From the NCBI GenBank assembly GCA_031414535.1, contig JANNVQ010000043.1, forward strand, positions 9,197-73,196: 64,000 nucleotides of DNA, read 5' to 3'. Origin of the DNA: Gemmatimonas sp. (GTDB lineage Bacteria; Gemmatimonadota; Gemmatimonadetes; Gemmatimonadales; Gemmatimonadaceae). This document shows, in pieces, positions 9,615-18,898 of the stretch (the first letter of the stretch is position 1; each line of letters opens with the position of its first letter). The position numbers and the translations under genes were made by a program. Below the pieces are notes generated by a model. It made no database searches and was not told where the DNA came from. It was given only the letters and a program-made list of their open reading frames with translations.

Positions 9615-10412
9615 TTAAGGCTGGCGCGGAGAAGGCGGTAGCGCCTTCAGGCGGCGCTTGAACGCCTGGAAGGCCGGCGTGTCCCGCGTGAGCCCAACCA
9701 GCTGCTCCGGCGGGTACTTCGCAATCAGAGCCCGCCCGTTCGCGATGCGCGATTCCTCGAGCGGGTGAGAACGGAACCAGGTATCAAGGCCTTCAGGCTT
9801 CCGCGCACGCTCGTCGAGCAGGATCTGGAACATCTCTGGCACACCGGTCGGATCGATGCGCGCGCGTACCATGTAGCTAACGGCCACATCGTCGGCTTCG
9901 TCCTCATCTGCGCGCGAGAAGCTCGCCATCGCTGCGCCCGCGCCGAGCTGAATCGCCGCCGAACCGGTCTGGCTCGCGCAGATACTCGGCACAAAGATGC
10001 AAAGCCCGAGCAAGCCCACGTTCGTGCGTTGGGACTTCACCATTTGGTCCACGGAATGCCGCTGCGTCACGTGGCCGATCTCATGCCCCAGCACGCCGGC
10101 TACCTGCGAGAGGCTCGTGGCCCGCTCGATGAGGCCGCGATTCATGTAGATAAAGCCGCCCGGTACCGCGAAGGCGTTCACGTCGGGGCTGTCCACGATG
10201 TAGAAGGACCAGTCCAAATTCCGTGTGTCGGCGATGCGGGCAATCGAGTCGCCGAGTACGTTCATGTAGCGGTTGAGCTCCGCGTCCTGTACGAGCGGCA
10301 GCTGCCGGTTGATTTCAGCACTGTAGCCGGCGCCCATCTCGACTTCCTGCTGAGTCGACATGGCGCATCCGGAGCTAATAGCCACAAGGGCGAGGGCGGC
10401 GAGAAAACGCAT
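9615..10412 (-). CDS. M48-family zinc metallopeptidase lipoprotein (BepA/LoiP-like)
   Basis: Start re-called at 10412 (MRFLAALALVAISSGC lipobox); VNAFAVPGG, GHEIGH, FSRADEDEAD, SHP. Confidence 0.88.
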   Translation of the reverse strand: MRFLAALALVAISSGCAMSTQQEVEMGAGYSAEINRQLPLVQDAELNRYMNVLGDSIARIADTRNLDWSFYIVDSPDVNAFAVPGGFIYMNRGLIERATSLSQVAGVLGHEIGHVTQRHSVDQMVKSQRTNVGLLGLCIFVPSICASQTGSAAIQLGAGAAMASFSRADEDEADDVAVSYMVRARIDPTGVPEMFQILLDERARKPEGLDTWFRSHPLEESRIANGRALIAKYPPEQLVGLTRDTPAFQAFKRRLKALPPSPRQP

Positions 10413-11178
10413 GAGAATCTTGACCCTAGCAAGGGATTTAAAACGTCGCAAGGCGCGCGAACGCCAAGGCCTGTTCGTGGCCGAAGGTGTGCGTACCGTT
10501 GAAGAATTGCTTGCGTCTCCGCTGAATGTACGCGGTGTGTTGGCGAGCGACCAAGTAGAACGTACTACGCGCGGTGCGGCACTGCTCGCCGCCGTGGAGT
10601 CGCGCGGTCTCGAACTGCTGCGCGTAAGCGACGCCGAGTTTGAGTCCGCCGCCGATACCGAACAGTCGCAGGGCGTCTTGGCCATCGCCGAGCAACCCGA
10701 GCCACGCCTGTCCGAGCTCGCCTTAAAGGACGGTGACCGACTGCTCGTCCTCGATGGCATCCAGGATCCCGGCAATGTGGGCACGCTACTCCGCACAGCA
10801 AGCGCCTTGGGCGCCGCGGCGAGCATCGTGCTACCAGGTACGGTTGATCCGTGGAATGCCAAGGTGGTGCGCTCGGCCGTCGGTTTGCAGTTCACTCATC
10901 CTCCCATCCTGTGCAACACGGGAGAGTTGCTGGCGTTCCTTCGTGAGCAGGCCTGTAGCCTCGTCGGCGCCGGCGCTGAGGGCCAACTCGTGGGCCAGTA
11001 CGCGCCGCCGCTCCGTGTCGCGCTGGCCGTGGGCAACGAAGGGCAGGGGCTGAGCGAAGAACTCCGGTCCGCCTGTGATGCCGTGGTCGCCATCCCGATG
11101 GCGGAGGGCGCCGAGTCCTTGAACGTGGCCGTTGCCGCAGGCATCCTACTGCACGTGCTCAGACCCGTCCCCAAGTAA
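10411..11178 (+). CDS. TrmH/SpoU-family RNA methyltransferase
   Basis: FVAEG, DGIQDPGNVGTLLRTA, VGNEGQG, IPM..AESLNVAVA. Confidence 0.92.
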   Translation: MRILTLARDLKRRKARERQGLFVAEGVRTVEELLASPLNVRGVLASDQVERTTRGAALLAAVESRGLELLRVSDAEFESAADTEQSQGVLAIAEQPEPRLSELALKDGDRLLVLDGIQDPGNVGTLLRTASALGAAASIVLPGTVDPWNAKVVRSAVGLQFTHPPILCNTGELLAFLREQACSLVGAGAEGQLVGQYAPPLRVALAVGNEGQGLSEELRSACDAVVAIPMAEGAESLNVAVAAGILLHVLRPVPK

Positions 11179-12008
11179 TGGATCCGATTCTCGCGGCCGC
11201 GTGGGTGGTGGTGTTCCTCTTTGGCGCCTCGCTCGGCTCCTTTCTCAACGTGTGCATCTCGCGTTGGCCCGCCGAACTCTCGGTGGTGAGTCCACGCTCG
11301 CGCTGTCCGCGCTGCGAAAAGCCGATTGCTTGGTACGACAATATCCCCGTGGTTTCTTGGCTTCTGTTGCGGGCCAAGTGCCGTCACTGCGCGCTCCCCA
11401 TCTCGGCGCAGTACCCGCTGATTGAAGTGCTCGTGGGCGTGATATGGATGCTCTGCGTGTGGCACTTCGGTCTCTCGTTGACCGCGCTTCGTGTTGGCAT
11501 CGCCGCGACGATTCTGCTCGGCGTCATGATGACCGACTTGCTCCACTATGTGATTCCCGACGGATTCACGCTGACCGGATTCCTCGTCGGCATCCTGATG
11601 CCGCTGGTGGCGATGTTCGTCGGAGAGGTTGGGCCGTTTGTGGGGCCATGGGACGCATTGGTCGGTGCCTGTGCCGGTGCGGGGCTTATTGCCATCACGG
11701 GCTGGCTGGGTGAGATCGCTTTCGGAAAAGAGGCGATGGGCCAGGGCGACGTCACGCTGATGGCGATGATTGGTGCGATGGTTGGCCCCGGTCGTAGTTT
11801 TCTCACAATTTTCATTGGCTCCGGTCTCGGCGCCGCGGTGTATCTGTTGTTGGTGTTGCCCATCGGTCTGCTTCGCGCCAAGAGAGCGGGCGCCGAATTT
11901 GAGCCACCGCTGGTGCCCTTTGGTGTGTTTCTTGCGCCCGCGGGCATGATTGCCCTGCTCTGGGGCGAGCAGTTGCTCGCTGCCTACGTCACGTTCGCCG
12001 GTCTCTAA
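11178..12008 (+). CDS. pilD: Type IV prepilin peptidase / N-methyltransferase
   Basis: GSFLNVCISR, RSRCPRC, DNIPVVSW, KCRHC, MGQGD, PFGVFL. Confidence 0.9.
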   Translation: MDPILAAAWVVVFLFGASLGSFLNVCISRWPAELSVVSPRSRCPRCEKPIAWYDNIPVVSWLLLRAKCRHCALPISAQYPLIEVLVGVIWMLCVWHFGLSLTALRVGIAATILLGVMMTDLLHYVIPDGFTLTGFLVGILMPLVAMFVGEVGPFVGPWDALVGACAGAGLIAITGWLGEIAFGKEAMGQGDVTLMAMIGAMVGPGRSFLTIFIGSGLGAAVYLLLVLPIGLLRAKRAGAEFEPPLVPFGVFLAPAGMIALLWGEQLLAAYVTFAGL

Positions 12009-12022
12009 CACTTCGTGTCCTC

Positions 12023-13297
12023 GTGCTAACTCCCTCGCAACGCCCAGCAGTTCTGCTGGCGCTCGCCCTGGTGTCTTCCGCTTGCGGCGAGAGGCCGTCG
12101 GTGGAGTACAACGGGCCGTATCGCACAGAAGTGTTGCGCGCCATTCCGCAGTTGGAGGAGGCGACCGGCCTCAAGTTCACCTCATCGCCCAAGCTGGAAG
12201 AGCGCGATCGCGACGCGGTGCGAGAGTTCCTGGAACAGCAGTTCGCGGAGCAATTGACGCCACTCGAGCTCGCCGGCACCGAGGCGGCCTATAAGCGCTT
12301 CGGGATGATTCCCGATACCATGGATTTGCGTTCCTTCCTGCTCGATCTCCTCACGGAGCAGGTGGCCGGCTACTACGACCCCGCCACGCGCGTGCTGTAC
12401 GTGGTGAAGGACGGTCAGCCGGAGATCACCAGCATCACCATCAGCCACGAGCTGGTGCACGCGCTGCAGCACATGCACTTCCCGCTCGACACCACGCGTC
12501 TGCTCAAGGGCGACAATGATCGCCAAGTGGCGCTGCAGAGCATGGTGGAAGGGCAAGCCGTGTACGAACAAATGAGCATCATGCTCGGCGGCTCGGACTT
12601 CGGCATGCGTCTGCCCGGTGGATGGGATAGCATCCGCGAACAGATTCGATCGGCGCAGGCATCAATGCCGAAGTTCGCCTCGGCGCCCACGCTGCTACAG
12701 GAAACCTTGCTCTTTCCGTACATCAGTGGCGCCGAGTTTATGCGGCAGTTCAAGCGCGCCCGTCCTGGCGGGGTTCCGTATGTGCCGCCGCCCGCTTCGA
12801 CGGAGCAGATTCTCCATCCCGAGAAATATCTCGACTCGCTGCCGGATCTTCCCACGCGCGTCTCACTCGGTGAACCGCGCGGTGCGCAGCTCATTCACGA
12901 AGACAACCTCGGCGAGTTTGAGACACGACTCTTTTTGTATGAGCATCTGCGCGACGTGGGTGGCGCGGCGGCTGGCGCAGCGGGCTGGGATGGCGATCGT
13001 TATCAGCTCGTCCAGACAGCCGGTGGCACGGGCATCGTTTGGCTTACGGTTTGGGATTCGGCGCTAGACGCAGCCGAGTTCCGCGACCGCATGGAGCGCA
13101 TGGTGGAGCGTCGCTTTGACGCGGCAAGAAGCAGTGGTGGTGATGGGGCTGCCCGAAGCTGGTCCCTGCGTGGGCGACGGCTGACGCTCGAGCAAGCAGA
13201 AATCGCGGGCCGCGCCGTCGTAATATGGGAAGACATGCCATCCGCAGTGCGTGCTGAAGTGCTCAACCGCGCAGCCGTGAAGCTCGAGGGGAACTGA
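12023..13297 (+). CDS. Lipoprotein with zincin-like HExxH motif (putative metallopeptidase)
   Basis: Lipobox VSSAC; AGYYDP, SHELVHALQ, VEGQA, FPYISG, STEQILHPEKY, GWDGD. Confidence 0.75.
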   Translation: MLTPSQRPAVLLALALVSSACGERPSVEYNGPYRTEVLRAIPQLEEATGLKFTSSPKLEERDRDAVREFLEQQFAEQLTPLELAGTEAAYKRFGMIPDTMDLRSFLLDLLTEQVAGYYDPATRVLYVVKDGQPEITSITISHELVHALQHMHFPLDTTRLLKGDNDRQVALQSMVEGQAVYEQMSIMLGGSDFGMRLPGGWDSIREQIRSAQASMPKFASAPTLLQETLLFPYISGAEFMRQFKRARPGGVPYVPPPASTEQILHPEKYLDSLPDLPTRVSLGEPRGAQLIHEDNLGEFETRLFLYEHLRDVGGAAAGAAGWDGDRYQLVQTAGGTGIVWLTVWDSALDAAEFRDRMERMVERRFDAARSSGGDGAARSWSLRGRRLTLEQAEIAGRAVVIWEDMPSAVRAEVLNRAAVKLEGN

Positions 13298-13300
13298 GCC

Positions 13301-14410
13301 TCAGTTGCTGAGCAGGCGACCGCCGAGGAAGGTCAGCACGCCGATGAAGGCGCCCAGCACGTAGCCGAGGTTCACAATCAGGTTGAGTTCGCGCTGCGTG
13401 ACGCCGCGGATGATTTCTTCAATGCGCGCCGTGCTGAAGCCCAAAACCTTTCGCTCGACGATTGCAGGTATATCGAGCTGCTCCACCACTTTGGGGAGTT
13501 CTCGCTCCATCCATTCCCACACGGCGGGGCCCGCGAAAGCGCCAAGCCGCTCCGGCGCATCCTCGGCGAGGAACCGCGACGGTCGGCCGATGGGACGGTC
13601 AAGCAGGGCCGTCGCTCCGGCGGAGGCACCGTCGGCGGCAAGCTGTTGCACCTTGGGCGAGTTCGCGCCCTCGAGCACCCACTTTACGACTACGTCCTCG
13701 CCGACGATGTCTAGCACTTCGCTCCAGGTGCGTGTGCCCGCTCGTCCCAAGGCATCGGAGACGGCGCGCTCCACGAAGGACTTTGTGCGCTCCTCGCCCG
13801 CGAGACGTAGCACCGCATCGCCGATTCGGGCGGCAGCCGAGCGCTGCTCGGCCTTGCGACTTTCGTCCAGCAACTCGGCCGCGAGCTCGGCCGCTTGCGA
13901 GGCGAGTTCCTTGCGCCGTACTTCGGTGAGCACGTCACTCACGGGGCGAGCCCCCAGCTCACTGCGCAACTTGGCGAGCGCTTCGCGCACTTTCACTTCG
14001 AAAGCAGGCGTGGCAGTCCATGCAGAGACGCGCTCGCCTACCACTGGCCCTAAGCCAGCAAGCGCCCGCTCCACTTCGTCGAGTACCGCGGGTGGCAAGA
14101 TTTCTCGCAGGGAGCCGCGTTCCACATCGAGCAGTTGTTGAATCGTGGAGCCGAGCTTGGCGTCGAGCGTGTCACGAAAGCCGGCGCGGTGCAGTTCGTC
14201 TAGCAGGTCCTTCGGTGTCAGAAGCTTCTCGCCGACGGTGCGTCCGATGCTCTTGGCGAGGCGTGCCTTGTTCTTCGGTATAGCGCCATGCAGTCCCCAG
14301 GTCTTCTCGTAGGGATGAAACAGCATCCACACCGCAATGGCATTGGTCACGCCGCCGGCGATGGTGCCGATGGCCAAGTTGAGCAAAAACGCGCGCAGCG
14401 TCTCACTCAC
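13301..14410 (-). CDS. DUF445-family membrane protein
   Basis: GGVTNAIAVWMLFHP, GAIPKNK, C-terminal RELNLIVNLGYVLGAFIG. Confidence 0.85.
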   Translation of the reverse strand: MSETLRAFLLNLAIGTIAGGVTNAIAVWMLFHPYEKTWGLHGAIPKNKARLAKSIGRTVGEKLLTPKDLLDELHRAGFRDTLDAKLGSTIQQLLDVERGSLREILPPAVLDEVERALAGLGPVVGERVSAWTATPAFEVKVREALAKLRSELGARPVSDVLTEVRRKELASQAAELAAELLDESRKAEQRSAAARIGDAVLRLAGEERTKSFVERAVSDALGRAGTRTWSEVLDIVGEDVVVKWVLEGANSPKVQQLAADGASAGATALLDRPIGRPSRFLAEDAPERLGAFAGPAVWEWMERELPKVVEQLDIPAIVERKVLGFSTARIEEIIRGVTQRELNLIVNLGYVLGAFIGVLTFLGGRLLSN

Positions 14411-14916
14411 GAACGTGGTCCGTACTTCTTGATGGCGGCCCGCACGAGAGGGTGAAAGGGCTGGTACTTGGGCTTGAGGATGCTTCCACGGCAGCGCTTC
14501 GCTTCGCAGAGGCAGGGAAAGCGTCGTTTGCGCGCCGGCGTGTGCGGCTCGTCGAGTTCGATTGCATAGTCGTACGCGAGTTCCTCGCCAGGCAGAATGT
14601 CACGGATGGCCACGATCCACATATGCTCTCCATACGCGATCGGCTCGCAATTCGGTTCACAGGAATGATTAATGAACCGAGCCTCGTTGCCGCCCACGTT
14701 GGCGTCAATCACGCGATGCTCGTCAAGCGTGAGCAGGTAGGTGTGCTCCGGCTCTTCATTGCCGTCTGGCGCGGTGGGGTAGCGGCGCTCCCCCTCGGTC
14801 TCAGTGATTAGCTCACCGGTGTACTCGATGATCTTGGTGCCGGCCTTGATGCGGGCCGCGGCGTAGACGCCTTTTCCATGCCGTGGCGAGCGGCGGACGA
14901 CCCAGGGGCGAGGCAT
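14407..14916 (-). CDS. SET-domain protein (putative protein-lysine methyltransferase) with post-SET Cys motif
   Basis: Start re-called at 14916; HGKGVYA, IIEYTGE, ARFINHSCEPNC, GEELAYDY, CLCEAKRCRG. Confidence 0.9.
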   Translation of the reverse strand: MPRPWVVRRSPRHGKGVYAAARIKAGTKIIEYTGELITETEGERRYPTAPDGNEEPEHTYLLTLDEHRVIDANVGGNEARFINHSCEPNCEPIAYGEHMWIVAIRDILPGEELAYDYAIELDEPHTPARKRRFPCLCEAKRCRGSILKPKYQPFHPLVRAAIKKYGPRS

Positions 14917-14991
14917 CAACGAGCAGGTTGGAGGCTTGAGAGAAGCATTCATAAGGTAAACGTCCCGTGTCCGTGTGCCCAAGGCGGCGCT

Positions 14992-15017
14992 TGCGTCTTT
15001 CTCGCGGATGTGGCGTC
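14992..15017 (+). promoter_or_regulatory. Putative ECF (SigZ) promoter TGCGTC-N16-CGTC upstream of sigZ
   Basis: The same motif with the same 16-nt spacer recurs at 15610-15635; CGTC is a typical ECF -10 element. Confidence 0.65.
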
Positions 15018-15031
15018 TTACAGGGAGACCT

Positions 15032-15646
15032 ATGCCGCATACTCCAGATACCTCAGGCCTCGAACCCGACGACGCACGCTGGCTCGCCTTCGTCGAGCCG
15101 TTGCGTGCGTTTCTCCGTCGTCGCGTGCCGGCTGGCGTGGACCCCGAGGACGTGGCGCAAGAGGTGTTCCTGCGCCTCGCCCGGCACCGCGCGACGATGG
15201 CCGACGTCCGTGACCTAGATGCCTGGGTGTTTCGCGTAGCACGGGCAGCCCTTACGGATGCCTGGCGTAGCGAACGCCGTCGCTCGCTCCGCGCCTCCGC
15301 CCGTGATCCCGATTCACTCAGCGACGAGTCCGAGGCTGAGGGCGGAGCGCGGGACGAACTCTCGTCCTGTGTGAAACCCTTTGTGGCGGCGCTACCCGCA
15401 CCGTATCGGCGGGCGTTGGAGCTCACGGCGCTCCAAGGACTGACGCAAGGAGAGGCGGCGCGTCTCGAGGGCGTCTCGCTCTCAGGCATGAAGTCTCGTG
15501 TGCAGCGGGCGCGTGCAACGGTGCTCCGCGAAGTCCAACACTGCTGTGGCCTTCAGCGTGACGCGCGCGGCGTGGTGCAGTCCGTGGGCGATGGGGCCTT
15601 CCCAGCGTCTGCGTCCTTGCACAAGATTCAACGTCCACGGAAGTAA
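15032..15646 (+). CDS. sigZ: ECF sigma factor, SigZ-like
   Basis: EDVAQEVFLR, AWVFRVAR, LPAPYRRAL, SLSGMKSRVQRAR, C-terminal CC..RD.RG; AGGGAGA before ATG 15032. Confidence 0.8.
   Translation: MPHTPDTSGLEPDDARWLAFVEPLRAFLRRRVPAGVDPEDVAQEVFLRLARHRATMADVRDLDAWVFRVARAALTDAWRSERRRSLRASARDPDSLSDESEAEGGARDELSSCVKPFVAALPAPYRRALELTALQGLTQGEAARLEGVSLSGMKSRVQRARATVLREVQHCCGLQRDARGVVQSVGDGAFPASASLHKIQRPRK
15610..15635 (+). promoter_or_regulatory. Second TGCGTC-N16-CGTC promoter motif, inside the sigZ 3' end, upstream of the Cys-rich peptide
   Basis: TGCGTC 15610-15615, 16-nt spacer, CGTC 15632-15635. Confidence 0.6.
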
Positions 15647-15683
15647 CGGCGGAATGTCCCGCTGTCCTCACACCGGAGGTTGT

Positions 15684-15770
15684 ATGCACGATACGGAATG
15701 TTCGAACGAGTCCAGTGGCTGCTGCGAGACGGGCACCTGCTGCGGCGGTGCGATCATCGGCTGCTGCTAG
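15684..15770 (+). CDS. 28-aa Cys-rich peptide MHDTECSNESSGCCETGTCCGGAIIGCC (metallothionein-like)
   Basis: GGAGG at 15675-15679; 7 Cys including three CC pairs; fills the sigZ-lon gap. An in-frame alternative ATG lies at 15654. Confidence 0.65.
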   Translation: MHDTECSNESSGCCETGTCCGGAIIGCC

Positions 15771-15782
15771 GCTCTAAAGCGG

Positions 15783-18239
15783 TTACTGCGCCGGTCCGGC
15801 CTCTGGACGCTCCGGAGCGTCGGCCGGCGCACGACCGATTTCCGAGAACAACGGAAGTCCCTCGGCGAATCCGTTCGGACGCGGCGGAAGTAGCATCGCC
15901 TCGAGCACCTCGTCCATGTTGGCGACGCACTTAAAGGTCAGCGCGCTGCGTACTTCGGCGGGGATGTCGCGCAGATCCTTCTCATTGCTCTTGGGCAGCA
16001 CCACCGTGCGCAATCCCGCGCGATAGGCCGCGAGGACCTTCTCCTTCACGCCGCCAATCTCGAGCACGCGGCCACGCAGCGTCACCTCGCCCGTGACCGC
16101 GACGTCGCGACGCACGGGACGACGGCTCATCACGCTCGCGATTGCCAACGTCACGGCCACGCCAGCGCTCGGGCCATCCTTTGGGACGGAGCCCGCCGGG
16201 AAGTGCACGTGCAAGTCACTCGCGCGGAGTTCCGGATCTGCCACGCGGAGCGCATAGCCGCGCGAGCGCACGTACGAGCAGGCCGCGTCCACGGACTCGC
16301 GCATCACATCGCCGAGTTGGCCTGTGACCGTCAGCTTGCCGGTGCCCGGCATCATGAGGGCTTCGATGGTCATCAGTTCGCCGCCGTTCGCGGTCCATGC
16401 AAGGCCCGTGACCGTGCCGACCTCTGGCTCCTGCTCGGCTTCTTCGGGCGCGTAGCGCGGAGGGCCAAGCACGTCCTCGACGCGATCGACATCAACAATC
16501 CAGGCCCCTTGTTCGCCCTCGGCCTTTCGCTTGGCGCGCTTGCGCATCATCGCGGCGAGGTGGCGCTCAAAGGTGCGCAGGCCTGCCTCGCGCGCGTAGC
16601 GATTGGCAATGAGCGACAGCACTTCGTCGGTGAACTGCAGGTCGTGATCGGTGATGCCGTGCTCGTCGAACAGGCGCGGCAAGAGATAGCGCCACGCGAT
16701 CTCGACCTTCTCCTCCACCGTGTAGCCAGCGATGCGAATCACCTCAAGGCGATCGCGCAGCGCGTGTGGGATGTCGAACAGATTGTTGGCCGTGCAGATG
16801 AAGAGCACGCTCGAGAGATCAAACGGCAAGTTGAGATAGTGATCCGTGAACGTAGAGTTCTGGGACGGATCTAGGACCTCGAGCATCGCAGCGGTCGGGT
16901 CGCCGCTGGGCCCGCCCGCCGTCATCTTGTCAATCTCGTCAATCATCAAGACGGGGTCGTTCACCTGCACGCGGCGCAGCGCTTGCACGAGCAAGCCGGG
17001 CAGGGACCCCACGTAGGTGCGGCGATGTCCACGGATTTCCGCTTCGTCGCGCACGCCACCCACGGAGATGCGATAGAACGCGCGGCCGATGCTCGCAGCA
17101 ATCGCCTCGCCCAGTGAAGTCTTGCCAGTGCCCGGCGGCCCGACGAAGCAGAGAATCGGTCCGTGCGGATCGCGACCGCGGTCGCCACGCAGTTGGCGCA
17201 CCGCGAGATACTCGAGGATGCGCTCCTTGGCCTCGTGCAATCCGTAATGACGGCCGTCCAGCGCTTCTTCCACCTTCTCCAGCGCCACACGGCCGTCCCC
17301 AGAGCGGGCCTGCCACGGCAGCGTCAACACCCACTCGAGGTAGTTGCGGAGCACCTGATGCTCGCTGGATGCCGTGGAGAGCGCGCGCAGGCGATCAATC
17401 TCTCGCTTGGCTTCCGAGGCCACGTTGGCGGGAAGCTGGGCTTCTTCCACGCGGCGCAATAGTTCCGCAATCTCGCCTTCACCGCCGTCGCTCTCGCCGA
17501 GCTCCGTGCGAATGGCTTGCAGCTGCTGACGGAGGAAGAACTCGCGGTGGTGGCGGTCCACGCGCCGCTCGGTCTCTTGGCGTACCTCTTCGTGGACGCG
17601 CGAACGAGCCACCTCGCGCTCCCAACGTTCGGCGATGAATTCCAAGCGTTCGAGCGGATCAATGCGTTGAATCACCGCATCTTTCTCGGCGGCGCGCAGA
17701 CCACCGCGCGCCGCTGCAAGATCTGCAAAACGCGAAGGCGAGTCCGCCTCGCGCCGCAGCAGGGCGGGGAGTTCGGCCGGGAAAGTGGAATCCAGCTCCG
17801 CTCGCGTGTCGGACGCGATGGCGATGCGCTGCATCAGCGCACGGGCGGCATCGCGTTCGGCCGCGGGCTCCGGTCGCAGGGTGGCACGCGCGGTGGGGTA
17901 TCCGGCAATCTCATCGCGAACGCAGCCGGAAATCTCCACGCGAGCCAATCCCTCGAGCGTCACCTGCGCCACGCCGCCATCGAGGGGGCGCCGGTCGGTG
18001 AGTCGGGCGAGTACACCCACGCGGCCCTCCAGCGCAGCCAGGCCCCGCTCGCCATCCTCGGCGTCGAGCACGCAGACCACCTGCGCGCCCTCAGCGGGGT
18101 TTGCCATCAACAGCGCCAGATTGTCCGCCGAGGACACTTGCACCGCGATGCGCGCATGCGGAAACACGATTGTGGAGCGCAGTGCCATCAACGGCAGGTC
18201 GGCCGGGAGGCTCGGCTGGGAGAAGGGGCGCTCGGTCAC
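15783..18239 (-). CDS. lon: ATP-dependent Lon protease
   Basis: GPPGTGKT, DEAEIRGHRRTYVG, IDEIDK, PKDGPSAG, IGGVKEK. Confidence 0.95.
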   Translation of the reverse strand: MTERPFSQPSLPADLPLMALRSTIVFPHARIAVQVSSADNLALLMANPAEGAQVVCVLDAEDGERGLAALEGRVGVLARLTDRRPLDGGVAQVTLEGLARVEISGCVRDEIAGYPTARATLRPEPAAERDAARALMQRIAIASDTRAELDSTFPAELPALLRREADSPSRFADLAAARGGLRAAEKDAVIQRIDPLERLEFIAERWEREVARSRVHEEVRQETERRVDRHHREFFLRQQLQAIRTELGESDGGEGEIAELLRRVEEAQLPANVASEAKREIDRLRALSTASSEHQVLRNYLEWVLTLPWQARSGDGRVALEKVEEALDGRHYGLHEAKERILEYLAVRQLRGDRGRDPHGPILCFVGPPGTGKTSLGEAIAASIGRAFYRISVGGVRDEAEIRGHRRTYVGSLPGLLVQALRRVQVNDPVLMIDEIDKMTAGGPSGDPTAAMLEVLDPSQNSTFTDHYLNLPFDLSSVLFICTANNLFDIPHALRDRLEVIRIAGYTVEEKVEIAWRYLLPRLFDEHGITDHDLQFTDEVLSLIANRYAREAGLRTFERHLAAMMRKRAKRKAEGEQGAWIVDVDRVEDVLGPPRYAPEEAEQEPEVGTVTGLAWTANGGELMTIEALMMPGTGKLTVTGQLGDVMRESVDAACSYVRSRGYALRVADPELRASDLHVHFPAGSVPKDGPSAGVAVTLAIASVMSRRPVRRDVAVTGEVTLRGRVLEIGGVKEKVLAAYRAGLRTVVLPKSNEKDLRDIPAEVRSALTFKCVANMDEVLEAMLLPPRPNGFAEGLPLFSEIGRAPADAPERPEAGPAQ

Positions 18240-18288
18240 GTCGTCAAATGTAGGGTCATTGCTTGCTCTCGCGCATCCCCACAGCGCT

Positions 18289-18318
18289 TGCGAACGGCTC
18301 GTCCCAAGTGACGAACGG
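18289..18318. promoter_or_regulatory. Possible LytTR-family binding direct repeat
   Basis: TGCGAACGG (18289) and GACGAACGG (18310), 21 bp apart, directly before TTGACG (18320); GACGAACGG is the reverse complement of the AlgR core CCGTTCGTC. Confidence 0.45.
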
Positions 18319-18418
18319 ATTGACGCGCGATCGTGGCTCCGGGTAGGTGGGGATGTACATCATGACCGTGTCGACTGCGGTCGCGTCCACACCTATTCTG
18401 CGTGGAGGATTTTCCAAC

Positions 18419-18898
18419 ATGAGCCTTCGTGCTTCGAAGTTTGCCAGACTGGCGGCCGTTCTTCTGCTCGGGCTTTCTGCCTGCTCACCCGACGGTACGC
18501 CCAGTGGACTCTCGCGGACGCTGGATATCGTCGAAAATGGACCCATTGTTCCGGTGGTGCAGTCCGAGACCGTGGTTCCGGGCGCCAATGTCGCGGTCGT
18601 GTTCCGCAACACGGTCGGTTTTGAGTTCTGGTTCAATCCTTGCGAGCGCTTCGTGGAGCGCCGGGTGGATGGTGCGTGGCGGCGCCTGCCGGATGAACTG
18701 CGGCTGTGCAACTCGATGGCGTACATTCTGCTCCCAAATGCGGAGCGAGAAGAGCTCGTGGACGCGCCGTTAGATCTGACGTCCGGCACTTACCGCTTCG
18801 TCTTCCCGATGCGACGGCCGGCGGCGCCAGACATCGCGCACTGGGCGGCCAGCACGAGCTTTGCGGTCCGTGCGTCGTCCCCGGTAGGAGTACGCTAA
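18419..18898 (+). CDS. Small lipoprotein, Ig-like fold (array member 1)
   Basis: GGAGGA RBS; lipobox LSAC; NPC...ERRVDGAW...C...GTYRF. Confidence 0.75.
   Translation: MSLRASKFARLAAVLLLGLSACSPDGTPSGLSRTLDIVENGPIVPVVQSETVVPGANVAVVFRNTVGFEFWFNPCERFVERRVDGAWRRLPDELRLCNSMAYILLPNAEREELVDAPLDLTSGTYRFVFPMRRPAAPDIAHWAASTSFAVRASSPVGVR

Noticed and set aside
10413..10895. N-terminal extension of the M48 peptidase
   Set aside because: It is antisense to TrmH; the lipoprotein signal begins at 10412
14917..15489. N-terminal extension of the SET protein in the ORF track
   Set aside because: It is the antisense shadow of sigZ; SET similarity starts at 14916
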